From: Callorhinchus milii
Taxonomy: Eukaryota
Direction: 5' to 3'
NCBI RefSeq assembly: GCF_018977255.1
Contig: NW_024704742.1
Location: forward strand, 36,272,001-36,336,000
DNA length: 64,000 bases
How positions within the stretch are numbered: position 1 is the first letter of the stretch; every line of letters starts with the position of its first letter. The translations under genes were made by a program, and so were the position numbers. Below the pieces are notes generated by a model. It did no database searches, had not been told where the DNA came from, and saw only the letters and a list, made by a program, of their open reading frames with translations. Below, piece by piece: positions 13,548 to 26,154 of this stretch.

Positions 13548-14170
13548 TTAGTGATGATAATGGAGGTAGCTTGCACCGATGGTGGAGCGGAGGATTTGGG
13601 GGACATGGAGGAGGCCGGACCCAGTAGAGCGGAGGCAGCGGGTACTGCTGTGGGGAGAGAGGAGGTTAGAGAGATAGGGGGGTGCCAAGGAATGGAGGGA
13701 TTTAAACACTAGAGTGAGGATCTTGAAGTCGATCCGCTCTGTGACAGGGAGCCAGTGGAGTTTGGTAAGGACTGGAGTAATCGGGGTAGGAAGTTTGGGG
13801 CAGATGAGAAAGCGGGCAGCGGAGTTTTGAATGAGCTGAATTTTGTGAATAGTGGAGGAGGAGAGACCAGCGAGGAGGGCGTTATAGTCCAACCGAGAGA
13901 TGACAAAGGCATGGACGAGGGTTTCTGCAGCTTTTGAGATGAGGTATTGTTGGAGACGGGCAATGCGGCGGAGGTGGAAGAAAGTGGTGCTGATCAGGGA
14001 CCGGATTTGGGGGAGGAAGGATAACAGGGGATCGAACCTGACTCCTAAGTTGCGCATGGGTTCGGAGAATTTTAAGGACAGGTCAGGTAGGTTGAGGAGG
14101 TCGGAACCATGCAACAGGAGACATCGACTGGAGCCAAAGAGTTTGACTTCCATCTTGTTGGCGTTCTCAT
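13548..14170 (-). mobile_element. L2 LINE ORF2 C-terminal fragment
   Basis: RNLGVRFD...ETLVHAFVISRLDY...QNSAAR...LHWLPV...FKIL. Confidence 0.9.
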
Positions 14171-16585
14171 TCCAAGTAAGCAGCTTAATTCATTGAAATT
14201 GAAAAAGATCTACAAATATTTGTGTGCCGCACAGCAACATTTCAAACATTCACTCCCCCACCAGTCAAATTTTTTCGAAAAAAATGAGGGCACCACAGAT
14301 ATGCCATTGCAAATTACATGGTAGCATTACTGGTGAAAATCCTTACTCTCTGTTTCACTTGGTTGCCTGAGTGTTGACCTACCAGCTCTTTACCATGGAT
14401 GTCAATGTATTAGATACAGGATGGCCTCTGATCAAGTCTCAGAGCATTGTTGAAAGAATTTTAGGAGCTGATGGGCAAGATTATATCACAGATTTCAAAT
14501 CACCCAATGACTCAGTGTGAAACATGGGATGCTTCCACCAGAATATTTAGAGTTAAAATGATGAATTTTATAGTATTTCTCAATGATGAAATCTAGAAGT
14601 ACATGAAAACACTCAGAAATGCTGCTCCAACACCATCCTCTTTTCAAAGCTAAGTTTCCTGAATTTGGTGTGATTTATTTGGGGCTGAAACCCACATTCT
14701 TCTGACTCAGAGCAGAGAATACTACCAACTGAGCTGGGCTGACATCTGATCAAACAGGGAGGGACTCATCTTCAGGCACTGCCACATGGCTGCCAAGAGC
14801 CAGTTGAAAACAGTTGGCGGTTGCACTGAATGCTTGGCCCAGCAGGTTCAGAGCAAAGGGAAGAAGAAAGAGGAAGATATTTTCTCTCCTTAAAAAATAG
14901 TGTGCTTAGGGCAACAGAACATACCTCCATCTGCAGACCAAACAGATTGCTGTCAATCCTTTCTGTGGTGTTTGCTGACATTCCTGGAACTGTATGTAGT
15001 ATTCACTCTGTGGACATGAGAGCGGAAATGTTTTGAAGTTTACATTTAATATGAAATTATAAAACAGATTACAGTATAAAGCTTCATTTCCAACACCCCA
15101 AATATGTAATTGTCTGCAATAAGTGGAAATCTTTCACAGCCAATTAGCTTTTCTAACTGGATGACATCAAAGCTAACCCTCTCAATCTGTTCCCGTTCAT
15201 GAAGACTTTTTGACTGAAAGTTGAGTACGTCAACCTGTTGTTCGTAGCATTAGGTGATGTCAGAGGAATTGGTAGGTAGAAGTAGAGAAGAGATGGGAGG
15301 TAGAACATCAGCAAAAGGGATTGAGAAATTGCGAGGAAAATAGAGACTTGCAGAATAAACATTTTGAAATAGATGGAGAATTGCACAGAATTTAGACCCT
15401 TAAAAATCTTAAGGGTCTAAAAAGTACTCCTGTTCAAGCAAGACTCAGCTGCTGTGTAAAACTGAGGATGGAATAAAAGCATTTCAATTCAGGGTTTGAG
15501 TTCAGCAAAACTATTTTCTAATGTTTTAGAAAAATGTACACACAGTACATAACAACAAGTTTTCTCGAGATAAAGGATGTTATCCAGCTAACTGGAGGTA
15601 GGGCGGTTAATTGGCTGTGAGTGTGAAATATCGGGTCGACAAAAGGAGTAATGCAGACGTGTTAATTAACACCAACTTCATTTTTCTGTATATAATTTCA
15701 ATACATACTCCAAACATTCCTCTGTATAAGAGGTAGGTTAATTTTAAAAGATGTTGTGCAATTAAAACGCAACTTTCAAGTTTCAAAAATTCTTAAGAGT
15801 GAAGAACCCAAATTTCAGTCAAAAATCTTCATCATAAAATAACAGCACTCCTTGCATTTCATACAGTATCTTATCACATCAAAACATCTCAAAGCACTTC
15901 ACAGTAATTACTGTTAGGCGTTGTAGATAAACATGGCAGCCAATTTGCACACAGCAACGTCCCACAAACAAACCAGGAGATGAATGATCAAGTTAACTGG
16001 AGAATTGTTGGCAATGAGAAACTCCCTTCTCTTTTCAAATAGTGTCATGGCTTCTTTAACATCCACCTGAACAAGCAGATGGAGCCTTGGTTCAACATCT
16101 CATCCGAAAATCAGCACATTCAATAATGAGCACTCACCCAGCACAGCACTGGAGAGTGTTAGCCCTAGACCTTGAGCTCAAAGCCCTCAACATCAGACTT
16201 GAACACGCAATGTTCTGTCCCAGAGGCCAGGGTGCTAACAACTGTACACTTCATTAACAATTCATTGATAGGTACATACAGTTCATTAGGGTTACAATAA
16301 TGCTTTACTGCTGTGCATAGTGTGAGATTCATCTTGGATTTTTTATAATTGTTGCTGAATGGAGATGGTTGCTTGAACGTATTTGACTATACGTGTTTGT
16401 AATGTATATAATTATTTTTCAAGTTTCAAAATAGTTCTTTTCCTCCTGACATAATTCAGTGACTGTCATATAAACAGAAGGACAATAACCCAACAACCAT
16501 TTTTTATATCCCTTCAATCAATAAACTAGAAAATAAACATGCAATAAATGTTTAAATAACATATTTTTGAAAACAGTTATGGATT

Positions 16586-17010
16586 ATAATCCTTGCCTTT
16601 GATACAAACCAGGAGATGAATGATCAAGTTAACTGGAGAATTGTTGGCACGCCTTATCACGTTTTCGAGACATCTCAAAACACTTCAGAGAATATACTGT
16701 AAAGCGAATCAACTGTATATTTTGTGGGCGAAATGCAGCAGCCAATGGCGCACAGCAGTGTCCCACAAACAATCGTGGATTGAATAACCAAATTATTATT
16801 ATTTTATTTTTAAAATTTATTTTGAAGGGATTATTACCCATGGAAAAGCGATCCACAAATCGACTAACATCCGGGCTTCTACTTACTGTTAGGTAAGCAG
16901 AGGCATGTGGAGTAAGGAAATTTGCCCAACGTTTCACCATGCTAGGAATCGAACCTAGGTCCTCTCATTTGTGAGGCGAGCGTTCTAACCACTGAGTTTC
17001 AGGACTCCAC
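16586..17010 (-). mobile_element. Full-length SINE (longer subtype) with a 46-nt insert in its tail
   Basis: Head ends at ggactccac (17010); tail at 16586. Confidence 0.88.
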
Positions 17011-17380
17011 GTGTAAATAATATTTGAGAACAAAACGTTGTGGGTGGGAAATTCCACTTTTGTCAACATTTCCTATATTCATGTAGCATTTCAGACTGTC
17101 CAGAAAATAGTAAATTGTTGAAATCAGTCTGAACTCTGAATTTGTTTTTTTGTATAAAGAAATTACAGAACACCAGCTTCAAAGTTAAGGCTGTATTTAA
17201 GAATTTACCAAATTCTGGATTCTCTGAAATGCTACATAAATGGAGTAAATCCAGACAGAGGTGAAATTTCTCCTCCATACTTTGCAATATAGCAAACAGC
17301 TTGGCAAAGTTTACCCGACTAATGCAGTGTGATTTCTAAAAGTTTAGTTTCTGTGAACAACCCTCCATAGCTGGTCTTAC

Positions 17381-17622
17381 CTGTAGTTGATGGTGGAGAA
17401 AGGATCCGCAGTAAGAAGCCACACTTTGGGGACAAAAAAAAGGCCCTGTTGCCTGAATTTCCCACCAGTCGAAACAAATACTGTATTGATGTTACTTTGG
17501 CTCTGTAAAATAATTTGTAAGCTTACAATGAGAAATGTGCAGACTCTGTTAAGAAGCTGGTAATGAGGCAGTGCATTCCTCGCCCTGAGTGCTGGAGCAG
17601 CTCTTTTAGACAAACTGATGAC
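17381..17622 (-). pseudogene. Dynein fossil exon, 242 nt
   Basis: gattag acceptor and CAG|gtaaga donor; AHFSL*AYKLFYRAKVTSIQYLFRLVG resembles recalled [26 protein letters not shown]; one in-frame TAA at 17523-17525. Confidence 0.6.
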
Positions 17623-18029
17623 CTAATCAAACCACAACAGTGAACAATTATTTCTTGTTTTATAATCATTCTGGCTTTATGCTAAGTTTGTAAACCTCTT
17701 GCAGACTGGCCCATCTGTTGACGCAAATTTCAAACACTGACTCTTTCTTTCCCCATTTCACTCCAAATAGACACTGACGTTTCAGGCATTCATTTCTAAC
17801 GATTTCATATTTGTTTTAATTGGGAACTCATTGTCTAAAGAGTGCTCTTCAACAGGAAATTTGGTTAATCCATGAATATACCAGCAATCCTCACTGAAAC
17901 AAATAAAAACAATTGTTAAAGGGACACTGTCTTCAGAAACAAAGTGTTGTGCAAAGATTTTGTTTACCAGAGACGGGAGAATTTAAATGTGTTTGAAGAA
18001 CATTGTTGTGATATTATGCCAATGAATAT

Positions 18030-18234
18030 AACACACAGCTCTTCTTCCTTTCTCCCCAGTTTGCTCAATCATTTTTTATTTCAGTATTAATAGTTGTTCT
18101 GAGCAAAATCTTGACAGAAATATTACATAAACAGGTATGTTGATATCCAGCAAATCAATATATTGGGGGTCAGCCAAGTGTCTGAAACATGCGAAAACCC
18201 ATTCAAACCAAACTAAGAGTTCCATGCATCCCAC
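18030..18234 (-). pseudogene. Dynein fossil exon ~1.5 kb upstream of the TMEM175 ATG
   Basis: aatgtatag acceptor; CFRHLADPQYIDL...LSRFCSEQLLILK*KM (TAA at 18076-18078) resembles the post-DHC_N1 tail segment. Confidence 0.5.
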
Positions 18235-18789
18235 CTATACATTGAAATTCCAGAGATATTTATTGTAATGGAATGCGTACTCTCTCCCTGGAGAGTATTA
18301 GGCACAGGTTGGCAAAAGCCAAGGCTTGAGGACCCCAGAGTGTACCTTAGGGTACCGCTGGAGTCTAAACAGCTTAAACCGCATGGCTTGCCACTGTCTG
18401 ACTAGGACAAGCTATCCTGCTGCTTGTGCCGCTCGGACCATCCTTTTGTTAAGACTTTGGCTTCTAGGGTTAATGGGGGTTGAGAGGGAAGAGCCCCTGT
18501 CCCAGTGACTGGTCTGTCCTTCCAGGTCCTGCGGATCCGCCTGGCTCAGGAACTGGACTAGCAAGACCACCGCAGAGGGCCAGCTCGATTCTGACATTCC
18601 TTTGCCAACTCAGCTTCAAGGAGGCCAAACATTTGCCAAATCAGGAAACTCAGCAGGGAAACGAGGAGCCTATTTCTTTGCAAAAAGGACTTGCCGGGGG
18701 AGTAGTGGGTGGGTTCTCAGTGTAGTTCAAATATTAAAATTATAAATAAAATATATCGCTGAACTTCTCGCCCCAGGTGAAGGGTGCAA

Positions 18790-19535
18790 GGTGTCTGGGG
18801 TGATGGTTGTGGTTCAGTCAATGTGTGTGGGCAGGGTGTGTGTGGTAGGGTTGTGGTTGTCGGTGCAGTTGTGCGGGTTGTGCGGGCTGTAGGTGCGGTT
18901 GTGCGGGTCGTGGGTGCGGTTGTGTGGGCTGTGGGTGCGGGTTGGGGTGGGCTGTGGGTGCGGGTTGTGGGTTGTGGGTGTGGGTTGTGGGTGTGGGTGC
19001 GGGTTGTGGGTGTGGGTGTGGGCTGTGGGTGCGGGTTATGCGGGTTGTGGGTGCGGGTTGTTGGTGCGGGTTGTGGGTGTGGGTTGTGGGTTGTGGGTGT
19101 GGGTGTGGGTTGTGGGTGTGGGTTGTGGCTGTGGGTGTGGGTTGTGGGTGTGGGTGCGGGTTGGGGTGGGCTGTGGGTGTGGGTGTGGGTGCGGGTTGGG
19201 GTGGGCTGTGGGTGCGGGTTGTTGGTGCGGGTTGTGGGTGTGGGTTGTGGGTGTGGGTTGTGGCTATGGGTGTGGGTTGTGGGTGTGGGTTGTGGGTGTG
19301 GGTTGTGGCTATGGGTGTGGGTTGTGGGTGTGGGTGTGGGTGCGGGTTGGGGTGGGCTGTGGGTGTGGGTGTGGGCTGTGGGCTGTGGGTGCGGGGCGGG
19401 TTGTGCGGGTTTGTGCGGGTTGTGGGGTGCGGGTTGTGCGGGCTGTGTGCGCGGGTTGGGGCGGGTTGGGGCGGGGCGCGCTGTGGGCTGTGTGTGCGGG
19501 CTGTGTGCGCGGGTTGGGGGCGGGTTGGGCGGGGA
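18790..19535 (+). repeat. G/T-rich degenerate tandem array (GGGTGT / GGGTTGT / GGGTGC units)
   Basis: Seen directly; GGG runs every 6-7 nt. Confidence 0.95.
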
Positions 19536-19870
19536 GCAGCTGACGCCGTTGCTGGGGAACTGGAAGCGGATGTGTGGAGCTGAGGCCGGAGCCGCCGCCG
19601 CCGCCGCGGGAGGAGACCCGGACCTGACCAGACCAGACCTGACCTGGAGCTGCTCTGCTGTGCTCTGCTGTGCTGTGGTGACCGCGGCGCTGCCCACATG
19701 CTGTCCGAGAGCGGCCCCGAGCAGGTGATGGAGGAGGAGGAGGAGGAGGAGCAGAGCCACAGCCACTCGCCCCCGGGGACCCCCCAGGCCCAGGGCAGCA
19801 CCCAGTCCTCACACAGGCTCCTGGCGTACAGCGACGCCCTGATCTCCATCATAGCCACTGTCATGGTAAG
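19380..19870 (+). promoter_or_regulatory. CpG island / probable TMEM175 promoter, 5' UTR and exon 1
   Basis: High GC and CpG density (gccgccgccgcc, ggggcgggg GC boxes) in an otherwise CpG-poor, AT-rich window. Confidence 0.75.
19698..19865 (+). CDS. TMEM175: TMEM175 coding exon 1 (MLSESG...[17 protein letters not shown]), 168 nt
   Basis: ATG in a CpG-rich island; contains the repeat-I RxxxFSD-type motif (RLLAYSDAL) and SIIATVM; ends at donor ATG|GTAAG, phase 0. Confidence 0.95.
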
Positions 19871-22670
19871 GGGGGGGGGGGGGGTGTGGGTGTTTGTGGG
19901 TGTGTAGGTGTGTGTGTAGGTGTTTGTGGGTGTGTGTGTGTTTGGGTGTGTGTGTGTTTGTGGGTGTGTAGGTGTTTGTGGGTGTGTTTGTGGGTGTGTT
20001 TGGGTGTGTGTGTGTTTGTGGGTGTGTAGGTGTTTGTGGGTGTGTTTGTGGGTGTGTTTGGGTGTGTGTGTGTTTGTGGGTGTGTAGGTGTTTGTGGGTG
20101 TGTTTGTGGGTGTGTAGGTGTTTGTGGGTGTGTTTGTGGGTGTGTAGGTGTTTGTGGGTGTGTTTGTGGGTGTGTTTGGGTGTGTGTGTGTTTGTGGGTG
20201 TGTGGTGTTGTGGGTGTTTGTGGGTGTGTGTGTTGTGGGTGTGTTTGTGGGTGTGTAGGTGTTTGTGGGTGTGTTTGGGTGTGTGTAGGTGTTTGTGGGT
20301 GTGTTTGTGGGTGTGTAGGTGTTTGTGGGTGTGTAGGTGTTTGTGGGTGTGTGTGTGGGTGTGTGTGTGTTTGTGGGTGTGTAGGTGTTTGTGGGTGTGT
20401 GTGTGGGTGTGTGTGTGTTTGTGGGTGTGTAGGTGTTTGTGGGTGTGTGTTTGGGTGTGTGTGTGTTTGGGTGTGTTGGTGTTTGTGGGTGTGTGTTTGG
20501 GTGTGTGTGTGTTTGTGTGTGTGTAGGTGTTTGTGGGTGTGTTTGTGGGTGTGTGTGTTTGTGTGTGTGTTTGTGTGTGTGTAGGTGTTTGTGGGTGTGT
20601 TTGTGGGTGTGTGTGTGTTTGTGGGTGTGTGTTTGGGTGTGTGTGTGTTTGGGTGTGTGTGTGTTTGTGGGTGTGTAGGTGTTTGTGGGTGTGTGTGTGT
20701 TTGTGGGTGTGTAGGTGTTTGTGGGTGTGTTTGTGGGTGTGTGTGTTTGTGGGTGTGTTTGGGTGTGTGTGTGTTTGGGTGTGTGTTTGTGGGTGTGTGT
20801 TTGGGTGTGTGTGTTTGGGTGTGTTGGTGTTTGTGGGTGTGTGTTTGGGTGTGTGTGTGTTTGGTGTGTTGGTGTTTGTGGGTGTGTGTTTGGTGTGTGT
20901 GTGTTTGTGTGTGTGTAGGTGTTTGTGGGTGTGTTTGTGGGTGTGTGTGTTTGTGTGTGTGTTTGTGTGTGTGTAGGTGTTTGTGGGTGTGTTTGTGGGT
21001 GTGTGTGTGTTTGTGGGTGTGTGTTTGGGTGTGTTTGGGTGTGTGTGTGTTTGGGTGTGTGTGTGTTTGGGTGTGTGTGTGTTTGTGGGTGTGTAGGTGT
21101 TTGTGGGTGTGTTTGGGTGTGTGTGTGTTTGTGGGTGTGTGTAGGTGTTTGTGGGTGTGTGTTTGGGTGTGTGTGTGTTTGTGTGTGTGTAGGTGTTTGT
21201 GGGTGTGTTTGTGGGTGTGTAGGTGTTTGTGGGTGTGTTTGTGGGTGTGTGTTTGTGGGTGTGTGTTTGGGTGTGTAGGTGTTTGTGTGTGTGTTTGTGG
21301 GTGTGTAGGTGTTTGTGGGTGTGTTTGTGGGTGTGTGTTTGTGGGTGTGTGTTTGGGTGTGTAGGTGTTTGTGGGTGTGTTTGGGTGTGTGTGTTGTGGT
21401 GTGTAGGTGTTTGTGGGTGTGTTTGGGTGTGTGTGTTTGTGGGTGTGTAGGTGTTTGTGGGTGTGTTTGTGGGTGTGTGTGTTTGTGGGTGTGTAGGTGT
21501 TTGTGGGTGTGTTTGTGGGTGTGTGTGTGTTTGTGGGTGTGTTTGTGGGTGTGTGTTTGGGTGTGTAGGTGTTTGTGGGTGTGTTTGGGTGTGTGTGTTT
21601 GTGGGTGTGTAGGTGTTTGTGGGTGTGTTTGGGTGTGTGTGTGTTTGTGGGTGTGTAGGTGTTTGTGGGTGTGTTTGTGGTGTGTGTGTGTGGGTGTGTT
21701 TGGGTGTGTGTGTGTTTGGGTGTGTGTGTTGGGGTGTGTGTGTGTTTGGGTGTGTGTGTGTTTGGGTGTGTGTGTGTTTGTGGGTGTGTAGGTGTTTGTG
21801 GGTGTGTTTGGGTGTGTGTGTGTTTGTGGGTGTGTGTAGGTGTTTGTGGGTGTGTGTTTGGGTGTGTGTGTGTTTGTGGGTGTGTAGGTGTTTGTGGGTG
21901 TGTTTGGGTGTGTGTGTGTTTGTGGGTGTGTAGGTGTTTGTGGGTGTGTTTGTGGGTGTGTGTGTTTGTGGGTGTGGGTGTGTTTGTGGGTGTGTGTGTT
22001 TGTGGGTGTGTTTGGGTGTGTGTGTGTTTGGGTGTGTGTGTGTTTGTGGGTGTGTAGGTGTTTGTGGGTGTGTGTGTTTGTGGGTGTGTTTGGGTGTGTG
22101 TGTGTTTGTGTGTGTGTTTGTGGTTGTGTGTGTGGGTGTGTGTGTTTGGGTGTGTAGGTGTTGTGGGTGTGTGTTTGGTGTGTGTGTGTTTGTGGGTGTG
22201 TAGGTGTTTGTGGGTGTGTTTGGGTGTGTGTGTGTTGTGGGTGTGTAGGTGTTGTGGGTGTGTTGTGGGTGTGTGTGTTTGTGGGTGTGTTTGTGGGTGT
22301 GTAGGTGTTTGTGGGTGTGTGTGTTTGTGGGTGTGTTTGTGGGTGTGTGTGTTTGTGTGTGTGTAGGTGTTTGTGGGTGTGTTTGTGGGTGTGTCTGTAT
22401 GTGTGTGTGTGTGTGCGTCTATGTATTTGTAGGTGTGTGTATGTGGGTGTGTCTATGTGTGTTTGTGGGTGTGTGTGGGTGTGTCTGTATGTGTGTGTGT
22501 GTATTTGTGAGTGTGTGTGTGTGTGCATCTATGTATTTGTGGGTGTGTGTCTGTACGTGGGTGTGTCTATGTGTGTGTGTGTGTGTGTCTATGTATGTGT
22601 GTGTGTGTGTGTCTATGTATGTGTGTGTGTATGTATGTGTGTGTTTGTGGGTGTGTGTGTAAGTGGGTGT
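19870..22670 (+). repeat. ~2.8 kb complex GT-derived array (GTGTTTGTGGGTGTGTAG-type units) starting with a poly-G run just after the exon-1 donor
   Basis: Seen directly; produces the many spurious V/C/G and H/T/P ORFs. Confidence 0.97.
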
Positions 22671-22854
22671 GAGCGTGAGTGAGCGAGTGTGCAGCAAATG
22701 ATGCCTTAATAACTGTGCAGAAGTTTTCTTGCATGATTTTACATTATTATGAGCCTGGGTCTCAATGACCTCCGAGGGTGCTGACATTTCTATGAATATA
22801 TGTGTAGCTTTATCTGTTCAGTGATGCACAGTAACTCTCTTACTCACACAAGTC

Positions 22855-23330
22855 ATAGAGTCTCCAGACCTCTGCAGCTTGTGTCCTTTCCTGTTCCAGG
22901 CTCTGTGTGCCTATCACTCCTCTCCTCACTCAGCTCCATTGGCTCCTCATCCCTCAGTGGATTGAGTTCAAAAATCCTTTTCTCAACCATAAATCCCTCC
23001 ACTGTCTTGCCTAACCCTACCTCTCCACCCTCCAGAAACTACCGACCCGGGTGCACCCTTCGCTCAACAGGCACCATAGCTCACCATAGCCACCCCACCA
23101 TCAGCGAGCAGGCTTTCAAGCTTTCTGCCCCCACTTTGGAATTGCATCCTGATTCCCTCCCTTCCTCAGCTCGTTCAAAGTCCGTCTGCCGACTCACCTC
23201 TCTGACCGCACTTTTCCCCTCCCCACTCCAATCATTTCGCACCCCCAGCTGGGGTGCCAGCCAGTACTGTTCACCCCACTGGGACATCCTCTTGACGTGA
23301 AAGGCATGATGTAAATGCAATTTTTGATTG
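22855..23330 (+). mobile_element. Degenerate L2 3' fragment
   Basis: Similar to the other L2 3' ends; shared tail. Confidence 0.7.
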
Positions 23331-23629
23331 TATTAAAAGATGATCATGGTGAAGAATCTGATAATTGACCTTAGAATCTGCAGCCTGGACTAGGAAAATT
23401 AGTTCTCATCACTACCCAATGACTTGCCGGAAATGAATCTGTATTGTACATGTGATGGTTACACGCAAAGAATTTCCACTTAAGTGAATGACTGGATGAT
23501 CACTGTATCTGGAATGATGACAACTACTTACATTTACCTTTATTTGCAAATAAATAAAGACCAGTTGTACCAGTTAATATTGATCTTTTATTTCCAAATT
23601 GTATAATTGGCCTAATTCCAGTTTGTCAG

Positions 23630-23819
23630 AATAAATCTGATTTCAAAAACACACTGGCCTCTGTTTGCAGTGACATCCAGGGGTTTCACTGAACACTGTC
23701 ACGGTAGTGCATCAACGATCTGAATCCTGGATTTAAAGTTCTGTTCACTGCAGCATAATGTTGCTGCAAAGCAGAGCAATAAGGGTGATCCCCAGGATCA
23801 GAGGAATAAGCTGGGAACG
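23630..23819 (-). pseudogene. Dynein fossil exon part (end of DHC_N1) in TMEM175 intron 1
   Basis: VPSLF..SALQQHYAAVNRTLNPGFRSL...PWMSLQTEASVFLK matches the conserved H-x-x-x-V-x-x-x-L-x-PG-x-x-x-L-x-W-x-SL signature. Confidence 0.75.
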
Positions 23820-24187
23820 ATTAGTTAAGCGAGGACTCTTAATTCTTGAAAAAAAGCGACATCTCAGAGGGATCTTCTGGGGCTATATAAGATTTTAAAT
23901 GGGATTGAGAAAGTAAATCAGAATCAATACTTTTTTAGGGTGAACTGAGACAACAGAACAAGGGATGACAGGTTAAGGTTTGCAAAGGAAACACACCAGG
24001 AAGTATTTCTTTATCCAGAGGGTGATTAAGCGACTGGAACAGGTTCCGAGGAGTATTGGTTGAGGTCAGGACTTTAGATTCCTTTAAAAAGAGCTTGATG
24101 CTGTGATGGAATGGGATATATGCTGGAAGAATGAGATCAAATGTGTCGAAGGGCCTTCTTCATGCAAGCCATTTTGTAATCTTATGA
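23820..24187 (+). mobile_element. CR1-type LINE 3' fragment inserted into a dynein fossil exon
   Basis: RGDL...YKIL.G, FF.QRV...WN.L and a 3' end ccttcttcat...cttatg typical of CR1 ORF2 C-terminus / 3' UTR. Confidence 0.75.
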
Positions 24188-24345
24188 CTATTGCACTTCC
24201 TCATATTCTGTGTTTTTAATTTCACTTTTGAGTTCAGAGTTCCTCACTTCCCACAAAGTCCTCTGTCCTCTCAGCCACTAATATTTATTTCTATAAAATA
24301 GCACTGCTGTTGGAGAAAGACAGAGACACAGGGCCTCGCCTCCAG
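24188..24345 (-). pseudogene. Dynein fossil exon part (end of DHC_N1) in TMEM175 intron 1
   Basis: LCLSPTAVLFYRNKY*W...TEYEEVQ* resembles recalled LEVSPLATSLFQKRDRY...AEYQRVK. Confidence 0.6.
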
Positions 24346-26154
24346 TACGTTCTAAAATGATTTTACTGTTGGCATAGATTTATCTTCAGGGTGTGAGGGG
24401 CTCAACCTATGGTGGAATATGAAAGTCCTTGTAGTTGCACTTCAAGTTTGAATCTTAGTACAGTGAATAATATTCTGTAAAATAATAGCGCCCTTCAAGT
24501 GGGGCTACGTGTTGGAGTCCTTACATTTGGTTAACAATGCCTTCCTTCAAACTGTAGGACCAAATATCCTTTGTATGTTACATCATTTTCCTGACAAGTC
24601 CACGTTTCTGCCGCCCTGCTCTCCACCAGTATGAAATGTTAACCTGTTTCAATGATTTGATAACGCACTTCTAAAAATGTGAGAATTCATCTTCTTATTT
24701 GTTAAATCTATTCCCCAATTCAAATTATTTATTGTTGTGGGATGTTTTGTCACGGGGTGTTGCTATTGCAGATTAGCTGCCACGTTCACCTGTACAGTAT
24801 AACAATATTCACTTAAATTCTGATGATTGTATTTTGTAAAGTGCATTGGCTTGCATGGTGAACAGAGGTTGAGTGGGAGGAATTGCTGCTCCCAGTGATC
24901 TTCCAAATCCTTTGATGAGGATGGCTCCTCAAAGCACTGATCAGCCACACTCATCAGTGCTTTGGTGTACTTGCGGACCTGCTCAGGAACCGGACTACTA
25001 AGATTGTCACAGTCTTGTCACACCTTAAAAGTCAGACCTCTCTGATTCCTTGGGATGTTTATTAAACTTTTGAAGGACTTTTTTCGAGCAGAGCCCGAAT
25101 CTATTCATGCCAGATGAACTCGTACTGCAGCAGTGCAAATCCGATGTCTTGCTGAAATCACCTTCTCAAAGTGGTCAACAACAACAACAACTTGCACTTG
25201 CATGGTGACCTCCACGCCAGGTGGCGTCTCAGAGTTGCTTAACAGACAGGGACCTATTCAAATCACTTTCCTATCATATTGCTCAGCACTGATTTATACT
25301 GACTATTGTTGCACAAAGCACAGTATAAATTGCATCGCTGCTGTGCCGGACCTCATTTGAGCTCCGAGAACTTCAGGATTGATCACAATTAAAGTTCAGG
25401 ACCTTAACATTGATTGTTCTTTATAAATAAAGAGCAAATATATTAATAATATATAGAGAGGCAGCATATTATACAGGACTTGCTCTATCAAAAAGTGTAG
25501 TGAATTCACATTGATCACAAATGTCCTTTAGTTCTGCCCATTGCTGTGAGAGGCACTGGCACTGATTATTCTTAGGAATCCGGGCAGTGTGGTTGTTGAG
25601 ACTATAATGCCCTTATCTTGGAACAGTCACTGTTGTGATGCTTATATCACAAGACCGGGAACATCGTCTCGGAGAGAAAATGTGCTGGAAAGGCTCCAGC
25701 AGACTGTTCATCTATGCCCCCTGGTGGCCAGCAATAATGTTTACATTATTGTAATAATAATATTATTGTAATAATAATAAGACTGATGCCTTTAGATGTA
25801 TAAAAGAAACTTGTACAGTGTGTGATATTATGCCCTATCGTGTCAAAACGTTTCAGAGAGCTTCAGAGAGTTTTCTGTATTGTAGTGACTCTTTACGGTA
25901 TTTTGTAGGGCAAACGTGGCAGCCAATTTAAGCGCAGCAATGTCCCACAAACAGCTTTGAAGGGAATGACCAATTTTTTACCTATGGATTTATTGGCCAG
26001 GACAAGAGAAACTCTTCAAACAGGGCCAGGGGATCTTTAACATCAATCTGAACCAGTAGATGCGACCTCAGTTTCATGTCTCATCCGAAGGACATCTCCA
26101 AAAATGTAATAATAATAGTAATAATTCTTGCATTTGATATAGCGCCTTGTCACT

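Noticed and set aside
9500..15240. Further exon-like minus-strand pieces near 9520-9630, 11800-11880, 12850-13030, 14925-14983 and 15178-15234
   Set aside because: Position is compatible with the dynein fossil, but similarity is too weak by eye to assign individually
15391..15421. 13-bp-arm palindrome tttagacccttaa-aaatc-ttaagggtctaaa, and a 15-bp inverted repeat at 17081/17223
   Set aside because: Short and isolated, with no supporting context
18717..22787. Very long ORFs (up to 1236 aa, H/T/P-rich or V/C/G/W-rich) on both strands
   Set aside because: They are translations of stop-poor GT/CA tandem arrays; only 19698-19865 is supported by homology and splice signals
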